Below are positions 51,320 to 60,656 of a stretch of 64,000 bases of DNA, in pieces. The translations under genes and the position numbers were made by a program. Positions within the stretch are counted from its first letter, which is position 1; each line of letters starts with the position of its first letter. This stretch comes from Sulfurimonas sp. (GTDB taxonomy: Bacteria > Campylobacterota > Campylobacteria > Campylobacterales > Sulfurimonadaceae), in assembly GCA_026988315.1 (NCBI GenBank), contig JALSLJ010000008.1, positions 2,419-66,418 of the forward strand. The letters run 5' to 3'. The notes under the pieces were generated by a model. That model did no database searches, was not told the DNA's origin, and worked only from the letters and a program-made list of their open reading frames with translations.

Positions 51320-53169
51320 AATGTAAACTCTATTTTATAATCTAATCCACTACCATTTGCAATGCCAAGAGTGCCTTCTAATTGCAACTCTACTAAGGTT
51401 TTAACCAATGTAAGCCCTAAAGTATTTTTATCAAGGGATGCTTCATCAAAACCTTGCCCATTATCGCCAATGTTGAGTAAATATATATTAGCATTTTTTA
51501 CTAAACTTATCTTGATTATATTTTTATCTTTGTGTTTATTGTGCTTAATCGAGTTAGTAACTAATTCATTTACAATAAGCCCTATATAACTAGCTTCTCT
51601 TAGTGGAATATGGATATCTGCTATCTTTATATCTATTGTAAAATTTCTGCTATTTCCAAATCCTACCTCCATATCTTCACAAAGTTCGTTTATATACTCA
51701 TTCATATCAATGTACTCTAAATTATCTTTTATATATAAAAGCTCATGTGTTCTTGATATCGCTCTTATGCGTCCATCGAGCTCTTCAAACTTCTCTTTAA
51801 TCTTTTCTTGTTTGCAATTATTCGCTTGTATCCTTATGATTGATAGAATAAGTTGCAAGTTGTTTTTAATTCTGTGATGCAACTCTTTTAATAAAACTTT
51901 TTTACTCTCCAAAGCGTTATAAAGATCTTTTGTTTGGATATCTATCTCTCTTTGAATTAGAACTTGCCTTTGTTCTAGCTCATGAACGAGAGCAGCATCC
52001 ATCCTATCTTTTTCTTTACTGAGTAAGATATATCTATCTGTAAATGCTAAAGATAAAACTAAGGCTTCCAGTGCTGTTGAATACATAATAAGATTAGGAA
52101 AGTCCTGCATAACAGAGATAAGACCAAGTCCATCTAAAATCATCAGGATAAAACCCACAACTAAAACACTCCATCCAGCAATGAAAAAACGCGCCTGTTT
52201 ATAGCCATCGAGATATATACGAACTCCAGCATAAATGTTAAATATTACAAATAAAAGACCAGTTAAGATTCCAACCTCTGGATAGTAAAAGAGTTGTGTA
52301 CCAAAAATAGGTATCTCAATAATAGCTATGATAATGATGTATTTATAAAACTTATCGATACTTGGATAGTTTGCTGTATTTAAAAAACTTCGGGCAAAAA
52401 GTGCTGCCATAATATACATCGTATTTACTTTTAAAAGGACAATGAGGTTATCTATATAGATAAAATCTGCAGAGAAAAAAAGTGGTGAGATTCCCAAGTA
52501 TGTAATTTGTTGAAAAACAAGAGCACCTAAATAAAGACCATAAAAGAGATACGATTTATCTTTTGTGTAGAGATAAAGCAAAAGATTATATAAAAATAAG
52601 GCAATAATAATTCCTATAAAAATCATTATCAAAGTTTGTTGCATGTGGTCTTCATGTAAAAAGAGCTCTTTGTCTTTCAAGAATAGTCCAAATCTAAGTG
52701 CGGTTGTCTCATTCTTTACCTGTAAATAGTAAATTTTTTTGCTTTTAGCATCTAGGTGTATTTCAAAAAAAGGCTGGATATTATGCTGTAGTTTGGAAAC
52801 ATGAAGCATCCCCCTAGTCTCTTTTTTATTATCACAATATAAAACTACCTCTTCTAAAAGCGGGTTATACACCACAAGTATTTTTGATATTTTTTCATCT
52901 GTAGTATTTTCAAGTACAAATTTAACCCAAACAACCTCATCTTTTACAAAACCTAAATTTATATGCTCTGTATCATTTTTTAAAAAGTCTGCATGTTCTT
53001 TTATTTCTAAAAATTTCAAATTTGCTTTATCTATATAAATTTCACTATTTTGTAAAATGCTTTGATTTGTTTGAGCTATATTTATACTATTTGCGTACAA
53101 TAGATTGGAAAATATAAAAATAATACTGAAGTACCTAAAGAGTATGCAATAATGTTTCAAAGAGTTCAC
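51316..53169 (-). CDS. 7TM-DISM sensor histidine kinase (HisKA_2 type)
   Basis: DISMED2-like WVKF periplasmic domain, seven TMs, ELHHRIKNNLQ H-box, DNGQG, LGL. Confidence 0.92.
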   Translation of the reverse strand: MNSLKHYCILFRYFSIIFIFSNLLYANSINIAQTNQSILQNSEIYIDKANLKFLEIKEHADFLKNDTEHINLGFVKDEVVWVKFVLENTTDEKISKILVVYNPLLEEVVLYCDNKKETRGMLHVSKLQHNIQPFFEIHLDAKSKKIYYLQVKNETTALRFGLFLKDKELFLHEDHMQQTLIMIFIGIIIALFLYNLLLYLYTKDKSYLFYGLYLGALVFQQITYLGISPLFFSADFIYIDNLIVLLKVNTMYIMAALFARSFLNTANYPSIDKFYKYIIIIAIIEIPIFGTQLFYYPEVGILTGLLFVIFNIYAGVRIYLDGYKQARFFIAGWSVLVVGFILMILDGLGLISVMQDFPNLIMYSTALEALVLSLAFTDRYILLSKEKDRMDAALVHELEQRQVLIQREIDIQTKDLYNALESKKVLLKELHHRIKNNLQLILSIIRIQANNCKQEKIKEKFEELDGRIRAISRTHELLYIKDNLEYIDMNEYINELCEDMEVGFGNSRNFTIDIKIADIHIPLREASYIGLIVNELVTNSIKHNKHKDKNIIKISLVKNANIYLLNIGDNGQGFDEASLDKNTLGLTLVKTLVELQLEGTLGIANGSGLDYKIEFTL

Positions 53170-53235
53170 TACTTTTTTTTACATTATGTTATATAAATAT
53201 TTCTTTTTTGGGCTTAAATGATAAAAAAATAACTA

Positions 53236-53745
53236 GTGAGGATTGGTATAACAATGTTTCAAAAAAAACTAGAATTTATCTTCTTAAGTATCATAGCTAT
53301 CTCTCTTATGATACTTGCAAAAAATTATTACGATAATTATAGTTATAATAACAATGAAATTTCAGATGAATATAAAAGACTCATCATAGAAAAAGAGCAA
53401 GAGATACTTCACTTGATGCAGCAAAATTATGGTTTTGCATTTAAGGTTCCACTTATCATATCTGATGAGTTTACAGGGCGAGTTTATGGAGTCACCTCTT
53501 ATGTAAATGGTGAGATAAAAATATACCTCAACAAAAAAGTTATGAGAGAGAGTATGGAGTATGTCATAGACAGTGTTATCGCACATGAATATGCCCACGC
53601 CCTCATGTTTAAGCAAGGATACCTTTACTCTGGTGATGATGGTCACTCAGCACTATGGCAACAAACCTGTGTAAAACTAGGTGGAGTAAACTGTGCGCAG
53701 TATGTTGATAATCACGACATCGTTATGGGGAAACTACCATTTTAA
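53236..53745 (+). CDS. SprT-like zinc metalloprotease with N-terminal TM
   Basis: IAHEYAHAL and GHSALW; true start may be ATG at 53254. Confidence 0.82.
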   Translation: MRIGITMFQKKLEFIFLSIIAISLMILAKNYYDNYSYNNNEISDEYKRLIIEKEQEILHLMQQNYGFAFKVPLIISDEFTGRVYGVTSYVNGEIKIYLNKKVMRESMEYVIDSVIAHEYAHALMFKQGYLYSGDDGHSALWQQTCVKLGGVNCAQYVDNHDIVMGKLPF

Positions 53746-53754
53746 GTACCTTTC

Positions 53755-53789
53755 CAAAAATAACACCAACTCCAGTGGTGTTATTTTTG
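53755..53789. terminator. Bidirectional terminator hairpin
   Basis: CAAAAATAACACCA-ACTCCAG-TGGTGTTATTTTTG, 14-bp perfect stem between convergent genes. Confidence 0.8.
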
Positions 53790-53810
53790 ACTCAAGATAT
53801 ACATTGTCTC

Positions 53811-54224
53811 CTATTTTTTTGAGATAAGCTCTCTCATTTTAAGAGTAAAATCTCTTGAGTTGACACCACCGTCGATTCTATCTATCTTACTCTCGTGTTT
53901 ATTTAAAAAATGAAATGTAGGTGTACCAATGTAAGCTAGTCTATCGGGAACATAATCATCATTAATATCTAAGTGTACACCAACAAAATCTTTGTTGAAC
54001 GCATCAAGAACATCATCATTCTCAAATACTATATCCTTCATATACTCACAAGCGGGACACCCCTCTTTACTTAGCATCACCATTACAATTTTATTCTCTT
54101 TTTTTGCTTTTAGAAACGCCTCATCGTATTGCATCCATTGTATCTCTGCAAAAAGTGAAGTGGCAAGCATACTTATAATTACAACTATTTTTTTTACCCC
54201 TAAAGTACTCATTTTACTGCTCAT
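53811..54224 (-). CDS. Exported thioredoxin-fold protein (SoxW/DUF255-like)
   Basis: Signal peptide, GCPACEYM, GTPTF. Confidence 0.85.
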   Translation of the reverse strand: MSSKMSTLGVKKIVVIISMLATSLFAEIQWMQYDEAFLKAKKENKIVMVMLSKEGCPACEYMKDIVFENDDVLDAFNKDFVGVHLDINDDYVPDRLAYIGTPTFHFLNKHESKIDRIDGGVNSRDFTLKMRELISKK

Positions 54225-54351
54225 ATTTCATCCTTTTTATAATTGGTATCTCTAAAGTTCATTATCTTATCATAAATTTAACACTTTTTTGTTAGAATGC
54301 TTGCAACGAAATATAAAGATGATGAAATACAGACTAGAATGGGGTTTTTTA

Positions 54352-54573
54352 ATGATAGACTTAGATACTACAATATGTGTATGCAATGACTTAAGCATAA
54401 AAGATATAGCCAAATGTATTAAAGAAAATGATATTAGCACACTTGAAGAGCTTCTTGAAAATGATGTTTGCCCTGTGGGTGATAAATGTGAATCATGTAT
54501 AGATGAGGGGTTTGATAATGACGGACTAAATCTCCCCATGGTTCTCAATATGGTTCAAAAAAAAATAGTATAA
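54352..54573 (+). CDS. BFD-like [2Fe-2S]-binding protein
   Basis: ICVCN...GDKCESC; start moved to MIDLDT. Confidence 0.75.
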   Translation: MIDLDTTICVCNDLSIKDIAKCIKENDISTLEELLENDVCPVGDKCESCIDEGFDNDGLNLPMVLNMVQKKIV

Positions 54574-54601
54574 ACACACTTAGAATTGCTAGGATAAAAA
54601 A

Positions 54602-55405
54602 TTGAGATATGCATACATGGTTTTTTTGCTTTTTTTTATATTTGGGATTTCTGGATGTAGTTCAAAAAGCATAGAAAAACCACAAGAGACAGCTTTACTC
54701 CAAGAGAAAACTTTAGCGCAGGATGAAGAGTTTGATGATGAGTTTCTCCAAGAGTTTGAAGATGAGATGGAAGTGGAAGAGATTTACGATCCATTCAACA
54801 GCTACAATCGAATGATGACTCGCTTTAATGATGGTTTGTTTGAGTATGTTCTAATCCCTGTAGCCAAAGGTTATAAACTAGTTGTTCACCAAGAGATAAG
54901 AGAAAGTGTCGATAATTTTTTTCACAATCTTTATTACCCCTCGCGAGTTGTCAACAACCTTCTTCAAGGTAAGTTCTCAAACGCTTCAGAGGAGACAGGT
55001 AGATTTATTATTAACAGCACTATCGGTATTTTAGGATTATTTGATGTTGCAAAAAAGAAATTTAATTTAAACGAACATGATGAAGATTTTGGTCAAACCT
55101 TAGGGTTTTATGGTGTTGGAAGTGGTCCTCATATCGTTTTACCACTTTTAGGACCGTCAAACTTAAGGGATACACTGAGTATGTATCCAGATTCATTCCT
55201 CAACCCTATTGATTATACTGAGCGAGAGTGGTATACTCTGAGCGATACTTTAGAAGAGTATATAGCATTAAGAACTTATGAGCAATTAAACAGCACTTCA
55301 CTCAACATTAATGAGTATGAAAAATTAAAAAAAGATGCGGTGGATTTGTATCCATATTTAAGAGATATATATGAGCAGTATAGAGAAAAACAGATTAGGG
55401 AGTAG
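54602..55405 (+). CDS. mlaA: MlaA/VacJ-family lipoprotein
   Basis: Lipobox SGC, DPFNSYNR, RFIINSTIGILGLFD, EDFGQTLG, LPLLGPSNLRD. Confidence 0.93.
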   Translation: MRYAYMVFLLFFIFGISGCSSKSIEKPQETALLQEKTLAQDEEFDDEFLQEFEDEMEVEEIYDPFNSYNRMMTRFNDGLFEYVLIPVAKGYKLVVHQEIRESVDNFFHNLYYPSRVVNNLLQGKFSNASEETGRFIINSTIGILGLFDVAKKKFNLNEHDEDFGQTLGFYGVGSGPHIVLPLLGPSNLRDTLSMYPDSFLNPIDYTEREWYTLSDTLEEYIALRTYEQLNSTSLNINEYEKLKKDAVDLYPYLRDIYEQYREKQIRE

Positions 55406-56026
55406 ATGATGAGGAACACAAGAAATGGGGTTTGGCTTAAAAAAGTATTTATCAGTATCTTTGTAATGGGCTGTATATTTTCGCAAACTTTAGTAGCAGA
55501 TGAACAAGCAGACTTAAAAAAACATTTTTTACATCTCATAGATAAAATCACTCTAATAGTTAAAGATAAAACACTCTCCAAAGAGATAAGAAACACCAAT
55601 ATAGTAGATGTACTCACACCAACATTTGATTTTGAACTTATGGCAAAACTAAGCCTAGGTAAAAGATGGAAACAACTCTCAAAAGAGGATAGAAAAAGAT
55701 TTATTACACTCTATGTAAAAAGGATGGAGCAATCATACTCCTCAAAACTCGATTCGTATAGTGATGAAAAAGTTGAAATAAAAGAGTTGCTACAGCCTAA
55801 AAAAAATAGAATTATCTTAATAACAGACCTTGTAAACAAGGATGAAAAGTTGGAGATAAAATATAAATTTTATAAGCCAAAAAAACAAAAAAAATATAAA
55901 GACACTTGGCTTATCTATGATGTAGAGATTTTAGGCATAAGTATTCTTAAAGCTGATAAAGCACAATTTAAAGAGTTCTTAAGAACAAAAACCATACACG
56001 AACTCATGGATGTATTGGTTAAATAA
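55406..56026 (+). CDS. mlaC: MlaC/Ttg2D-family phospholipid-binding protein
   Basis: FDFELMAKLSLGKRW, WLIYDVEILGIS, QF. Confidence 0.9.
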   Translation: MMRNTRNGVWLKKVFISIFVMGCIFSQTLVADEQADLKKHFLHLIDKITLIVKDKTLSKEIRNTNIVDVLTPTFDFELMAKLSLGKRWKQLSKEDRKRFITLYVKRMEQSYSSKLDSYSDEKVEIKELLQPKKNRIILITDLVNKDEKLEIKYKFYKPKKQKKYKDTWLIYDVEILGISILKADKAQFKEFLRTKTIHELMDVLVK

Positions 56027-56031
56027 CTAAT

Positions 56032-58548
56032 ATGCTAAAAAATCTTTATATAAATTACATATTTAAATATCCAAAACTGCTACTATCTTTTATTGGAATC
56101 TTTGTACTTATAATGGTATTTTTTGCCTCTAAACTAGAGATAGATGCAAGTGCAGAGACACTTCTCTTAGAGGGAGATAAAGATTTAGCATTTAACAGAG
56201 AAGTATCTAAAAGATTTGAGAGTGCAGGTTTTTTAATTGTAACCTATAGTGTAGAAGATGATCTCTTAAACCAAAAAAACATCGACAATATTAAAACACT
56301 CACCAAAAAGCTCCAAACACTTGAGATTGTAGAATCAATTCACTCTATAGTAAATGTGCCACTCTTAGAATCGCCACCAAGACCTATCCAAGAGTTTGTA
56401 GATGATATCCAAACACTTCAGTCACCAAACATTGATAAAGAGCTAGTACGCAAAGAGTTTTTAACAAGCCCCCTCTATAGTAAAAACTTAGTAAGTGAAG
56501 ATTTTAAGACAACAGCATTTTCTTTGAATCTCAAACGCGATGACAAATATTTTACGCTTTTAAAAGATAGAGATAAATATACACAACTTAAAAAAGAAAA
56601 AACACTCACAAAAGAGGAAAAAAAGAGTTATGCTCAGGCACAAATAGCACTCAAAAACTATAGAGATATTATGAGAGAGAAAAACCATAACTCCATAGTC
56701 AAAATCCGAAATATTTTAAATACATTTGAAAAGAAACATAGCACAATAAAACTGCATCTCGGTGGAGTAGATATGATTGCCGATGATATGGTTGAGTTTG
56801 TAAAGTACGACCTCAAAACCTTTGGATTTGTAATATTATTTTTGCTTATCATAATTTTATATATACTTCTTAAAAAGCTTAGGTGGGTGCTTATAGCCCT
56901 CTCTATCTGTACGATTTCACTCATCATCACCAGTGGTCTTTTAGGTCTTTTTGGTTGGGAGATAACTGTAGTCTCCTCAAACTTCATCTCCCTACAGTTA
57001 ATCATGAATATGTCTTTAGTGGTACACCTCATCGTAAAATATAAGGAGCTTTACTTTCAACATCCAGACCATGCACAAAAAGATTTACTCCTTGATACAG
57101 TGACATCTATGGCAAAACCCTCATTTTTTGTAGTAATCACCACCATTGCAGGATTTAGCTCTTTAGTATTTAGCAATATCTTGCCTATTATAAACTTTGG
57201 TTGGATGATGAGCATTGGGCTGATTGTTTCACTCCTTACAACTTTTATATTGTTCCCAATTTTTTTGCTTTACTTTGATAAACATGAGATAAAGAGTGCA
57301 AAAGAGGTAGATATCCCCTTTACATCCAGAGTGGCAAAAATCGCCTATAACTATAGAAAAACCATTCTTGTATTGAGTTTTTTCGTTCTAGTATTTTCTA
57401 TCACAGGAGCCAAACAGCTTCGAGTTGAAAACAGTTTTATAGACTACTTTAAAAAAAGCACCCAAATCTACCAAGGGATGGCGCTTATTGATCAAAAACT
57501 TGGAGGCACTACACCACTAGATGTTATTATAACATTCAAAGAAGAGAGTGATACAATAGAGTCTGTGCAAGTTGTAGAGGAAAAATCTAATGATGAGTTT
57601 GAGGAATTTGATGATTTTGCAGATGAGTTTGAAGAGACAAGCGAAGATAAAGAGCGCTACTGGTTCACTCAGGCTAAACTTCAAAAGATAAAACAAGTTC
57701 ATGATTATCTTGATTCTCTTGAGCCTATAGGAAAAGTATTGTCCCTCTCCACCATGGGTGAAATTATTAAAATCCTAGATGGGGGCAATGAGGCAGACAG
57801 TTTAACTCTGGCGCTTCTCTATAAAGAATTACCACAAGAGTACAAAAAAATTATCCTCTCCCCATATATTAATATTGAAACAAATCAGGTAAGAATCTCC
57901 GCTAGGGTGATTGATTCGCAAGAAAATCTACAAAGAGATAAGCTATTAAAAAAGATAAATAAAGATTTGCAAGAGATGCTCAACCCAAAATACGAAGAGT
58001 ATAGAGTATCAAACCTTTTAGTGATGTACAACAATATGCTTCAGTCCCTTTTTAACTCACAAATCAAAACTATAGGGATAGTAGTTCTCATACTTTTTGT
58101 TATGTTTTTAGTTCTTTTTAGGAGCCTAAAAATTGCTACAATCGCTATAATTGCCAATACTATCCCCGTTGGTGTAATATTTGGTTTTATGGGATGGCTT
58201 AACATCCCACTAGATATGATGACCATCACCATAGCCGCCATAAGTATAGGGATTGCAGTTGATGACACCATACACTATATCCATAGATTTATCTTAGAAC
58301 ATACACAAACCAATGACACAAAAGCCTCTATATTTAACGCTCACGCAAGCATAGGAACAGCGATGTTTTATACCTCCACCATCATTATGGTTGGGTTTTC
58401 CATTTTAGTTTTATCAAACTTTATTCCAACTATCTATTTTGGATTATTAACAATGATAGCGATGTTTATGGCAATTGCGGCTGACCTTTTACTATTGCCT
58501 GTTTTACTCTTACTTTTTTATAAACCAAATAAGGCAAAGCAAGCATGA
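56032..58548 (+). CDS. MMPL/RND-family transporter
   Basis: Two MMPL repeats; TTIAGFSSL, LGGTTPLDV, GIAVDDTIH. Confidence 0.9.
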   Translation: MLKNLYINYIFKYPKLLLSFIGIFVLIMVFFASKLEIDASAETLLLEGDKDLAFNREVSKRFESAGFLIVTYSVEDDLLNQKNIDNIKTLTKKLQTLEIVESIHSIVNVPLLESPPRPIQEFVDDIQTLQSPNIDKELVRKEFLTSPLYSKNLVSEDFKTTAFSLNLKRDDKYFTLLKDRDKYTQLKKEKTLTKEEKKSYAQAQIALKNYRDIMREKNHNSIVKIRNILNTFEKKHSTIKLHLGGVDMIADDMVEFVKYDLKTFGFVILFLLIIILYILLKKLRWVLIALSICTISLIITSGLLGLFGWEITVVSSNFISLQLIMNMSLVVHLIVKYKELYFQHPDHAQKDLLLDTVTSMAKPSFFVVITTIAGFSSLVFSNILPIINFGWMMSIGLIVSLLTTFILFPIFLLYFDKHEIKSAKEVDIPFTSRVAKIAYNYRKTILVLSFFVLVFSITGAKQLRVENSFIDYFKKSTQIYQGMALIDQKLGGTTPLDVIITFKEESDTIESVQVVEEKSNDEFEEFDDFADEFEETSEDKERYWFTQAKLQKIKQVHDYLDSLEPIGKVLSLSTMGEIIKILDGGNEADSLTLALLYKELPQEYKKIILSPYINIETNQVRISARVIDSQENLQRDKLLKKINKDLQEMLNPKYEEYRVSNLLVMYNNMLQSLFNSQIKTIGIVVLILFVMFLVLFRSLKIATIAIIANTIPVGVIFGFMGWLNIPLDMMTITIAAISIGIAVDDTIHYIHRFILEHTQTNDTKASIFNAHASIGTAMFYTSTIIMVGFSILVLSNFIPTIYFGLLTMIAMFMAIAADLLLLPVLLLLFYKPNKAKQA

Positions 58549-59744
58549 TACAAGAGGTAAACCTAACTGTAAAACCAGAGTTTACTACACAGTACCAAGA
58601 TGGCTATCCACTCATCTCAAAAGAATCGGTAGTTGATTGGAGTAAGGTGAAAGAGGAAGGTACAATTATCAACCTTTTTACTCAGACAAAAAAGTTTATC
58701 ATCAAAGGGTATCATGGCATCCAAAACAAAGGCTATGGCTGGATATTGACTCACAATCAAGATGAAAAGATAGATGTAGAATACTTTGCGAAAAAGATAG
58801 ACTCCGCCATACAATACAGAGAAGATTTTTACAATGACAATGCCACAACCGCTTTTAGAGTTTTTAATGGTGAGGGTGATGGTATAGGTGGTTTAACTAT
58901 TGACCACTTTAATGGCTATTATCTTCTCACTTGGTACTCTATAGGTATTTATGCGTTTAAAAGCACAATTTTAGAAGCACTTAAATCATCAGTTTCATAC
59001 AAGGGAATTTATCAAAAAAAGAGATTTGACACAAAGGGTATGTATCTTGATGATGCAGATGATTTTATCTGTGGAGACAAAGCAAGTGAACCTTTAATCG
59101 TAAAAGAAAATGGTGTAAATTTTGCGATTTACTTAGATGATGGTGCGATGGTAGGTGTGTTTTTAGACCAAAGAGATGTGAGAAAGACTATCCGTGATAA
59201 ATATGCAAAAAATAAAACTTTACTCAACACCTTCTCTTATACAGGGGCATTCTCAATCTTTGGAGCTATCGGCGGTGCAAGAAAAACAACAAGTGTCGAT
59301 CTAGCAAAAAGAAGCCTCCCTAAAACAAAAGAGCAATTTAGTGTTAACTACATAGACCCCGAGTCTCAAGATATAATAGTTGAAGATGTATTTAATTACT
59401 TTAAATATGCTGTAAGAAAAAAACTCTTATTTGATATAGTAGTGCTAGACCCACCAAGTTTTGCAAGGTCAAAAAAACATACATTTAGTGCATCAAAAGA
59501 TTATGTAAAACTTTTAAAAGAGGCTATCCAAATTACCAGTAAAGATGGTGTCATTGTAGCATCTACAAACTCTGCTAACTTTAATATGATGAGATTTAGA
59601 GATTTTATCCACAAAGCATTTAAAGAGTTGCATGGAAAGTACAAGGTTGAGGAGAGTTTTTCACTCCCAAAAGATTTTAAGGTAAATCCTAAGTTTAAAG
59701 AGGGTGATTACCTCAAAGTTGTTTTTATAAGAAAGCTAAAGTGA
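58545..59744 (+). CDS. RlmI/YwbD-family rRNA methyltransferase
   Basis: PUA-like N-terminus, NGEGDGIGGLTID, FLDQR, LNTFSYTGAFS, LDPPSF. Confidence 0.92.
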   Translation: MIQEVNLTVKPEFTTQYQDGYPLISKESVVDWSKVKEEGTIINLFTQTKKFIIKGYHGIQNKGYGWILTHNQDEKIDVEYFAKKIDSAIQYREDFYNDNATTAFRVFNGEGDGIGGLTIDHFNGYYLLTWYSIGIYAFKSTILEALKSSVSYKGIYQKKRFDTKGMYLDDADDFICGDKASEPLIVKENGVNFAIYLDDGAMVGVFLDQRDVRKTIRDKYAKNKTLLNTFSYTGAFSIFGAIGGARKTTSVDLAKRSLPKTKEQFSVNYIDPESQDIIVEDVFNYFKYAVRKKLLFDIVVLDPPSFARSKKHTFSASKDYVKLLKEAIQITSKDGVIVASTNSANFNMMRFRDFIHKAFKELHGKYKVEESFSLPKDFKVNPKFKEGDYLKVVFIRKLK

Positions 59745-59770
59745 TTCAACTCTCTTATCATTAGCAATTA

Positions 59771-59793
59771 TATTCTGGGTCAAGCCCAGAATA
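59771..59793 (-). repeat. REP-like hairpin 1
   Basis: TATTCTGGG-TCAAG-CCCAGAATA; minus strand reads GTT-ATTCTGGG-CTTGA-CCCAGAAT. Confidence 0.7.
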
Positions 59794-59795
59794 AC

Positions 59796-59920
59796 AGCCA
59801 TTCCATCACTCTGAATCACTCCAGCACAATGAGCCATTCCATCACTCTGAATCACTCCAGCACAATGAGCCATTCCATCACTCTGAATCACTTCAGCACA
59901 ATGAGCCATTCCGTCACTCT
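59796..59920. repeat. 36-bp tandem repeat, three full copies plus a partial
   Basis: AGCCATTCCATCACTCTGAATCACTCCAGCACAATG at 59796, 59832, 59868 (one C>T) and a partial at 59904; no spacers. Confidence 0.95.
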
Positions 59921-59938
59921 AAACTTGATTTAGAGTCT
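59913..59938 (+). repeat. REP-like hairpin 2
   Basis: GTC-ACTCTAAA-CTTGA-TTTAGAGT; same loop and stem ends as hairpin 1, opposite orientation. Confidence 0.7.
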
Positions 59939-59968
59939 AGTTCATAATTTATAGTAAATAATCAAACC

Positions 59969-60637
59969 TTATTTACCTACAGTACCACTATCAATTATAT
60001 CTTCATCACTAAAGCTAAGCTGCTTTTGATACTCACCAGTTGAGTGACCACTGAATGCTCCTATGAGTTGATTTTCTTGAGCCTTATCAAGTTTTCCTGA
60101 TGATATTGCATCGAGCATTTTTTCTGCAATTTTCACACGAGCATCATTCTCTTTTTGATAAAAATATTTTTGTAGGTTATCATTATAAGCACGCAGTTTA
60201 TCCTCACGCCTCTTTTTAAAATAGTAAAAAATAAAAAAACAACTCACAACAATAAGCAGAGCTAAAATCAACATCAAGTAGCGTTTAAGTTCCATGTTAT
60301 TCATCTGCTCATTTTGTTGCATCTTTTGCTCAAACAGAGCTTGTTCTTTCTCTATAGCGAGTGCAATCTTTTGTTTTTCAAGTTCAGCCTGCAGGCGAAT
60401 CTTTTCAAGCTCTTTTTCTTTTTCTATTGTAGCTAACTCTTTTTTTGATTGCAATAGAGCTAACTCTTTTTGAGTTTGAGCTGAGAGTTTTTGAAGTTGA
60501 ATCTCTTTAGATTCTTCCACTTTTTTTGTAAAATCTGCTTTTTGTGTTGCAATTAACTTTGCCTTGTCTTCTTCAGATGTAAGAAAATCACAACCACTAA
60601 AAAGAAAAATAAATGCTATTAAATATATATATTTCAT
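59969..60637 (-). CDS. Hypothetical lipoprotein with coiled coil and internal TM helix
   Basis: Lipobox FSGC; E/K/Q-rich coiled coil; YLMLILALLIVVSCFFIFYYF followed by KKRR. Confidence 0.75.
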   Translation of the reverse strand: MKYIYLIAFIFLFSGCDFLTSEEDKAKLIATQKADFTKKVEESKEIQLQKLSAQTQKELALLQSKKELATIEKEKELEKIRLQAELEKQKIALAIEKEQALFEQKMQQNEQMNNMELKRYLMLILALLIVVSCFFIFYYFKKRREDKLRAYNDNLQKYFYQKENDARVKIAEKMLDAISSGKLDKAQENQLIGAFSGHSTGEYQKQLSFSDEDIIDSGTVGK

Positions 60638-60656
60638 ACTTATATATTATCTTAAT

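Noticed and set aside
59796-59920. 36-bp repeats as a CRISPR array
   Set aside because: Copies are directly adjacent with no unique spacers, and there are no cas genes in the window
59829-59933. Short repeat-encoded peptide MSHSITLNHSSTMSHSITLNHFSTMSHSVTLNLI
   Set aside because: No RBS; the ATG arises from the repeat unit, and the hairpin structure explains the sequence better
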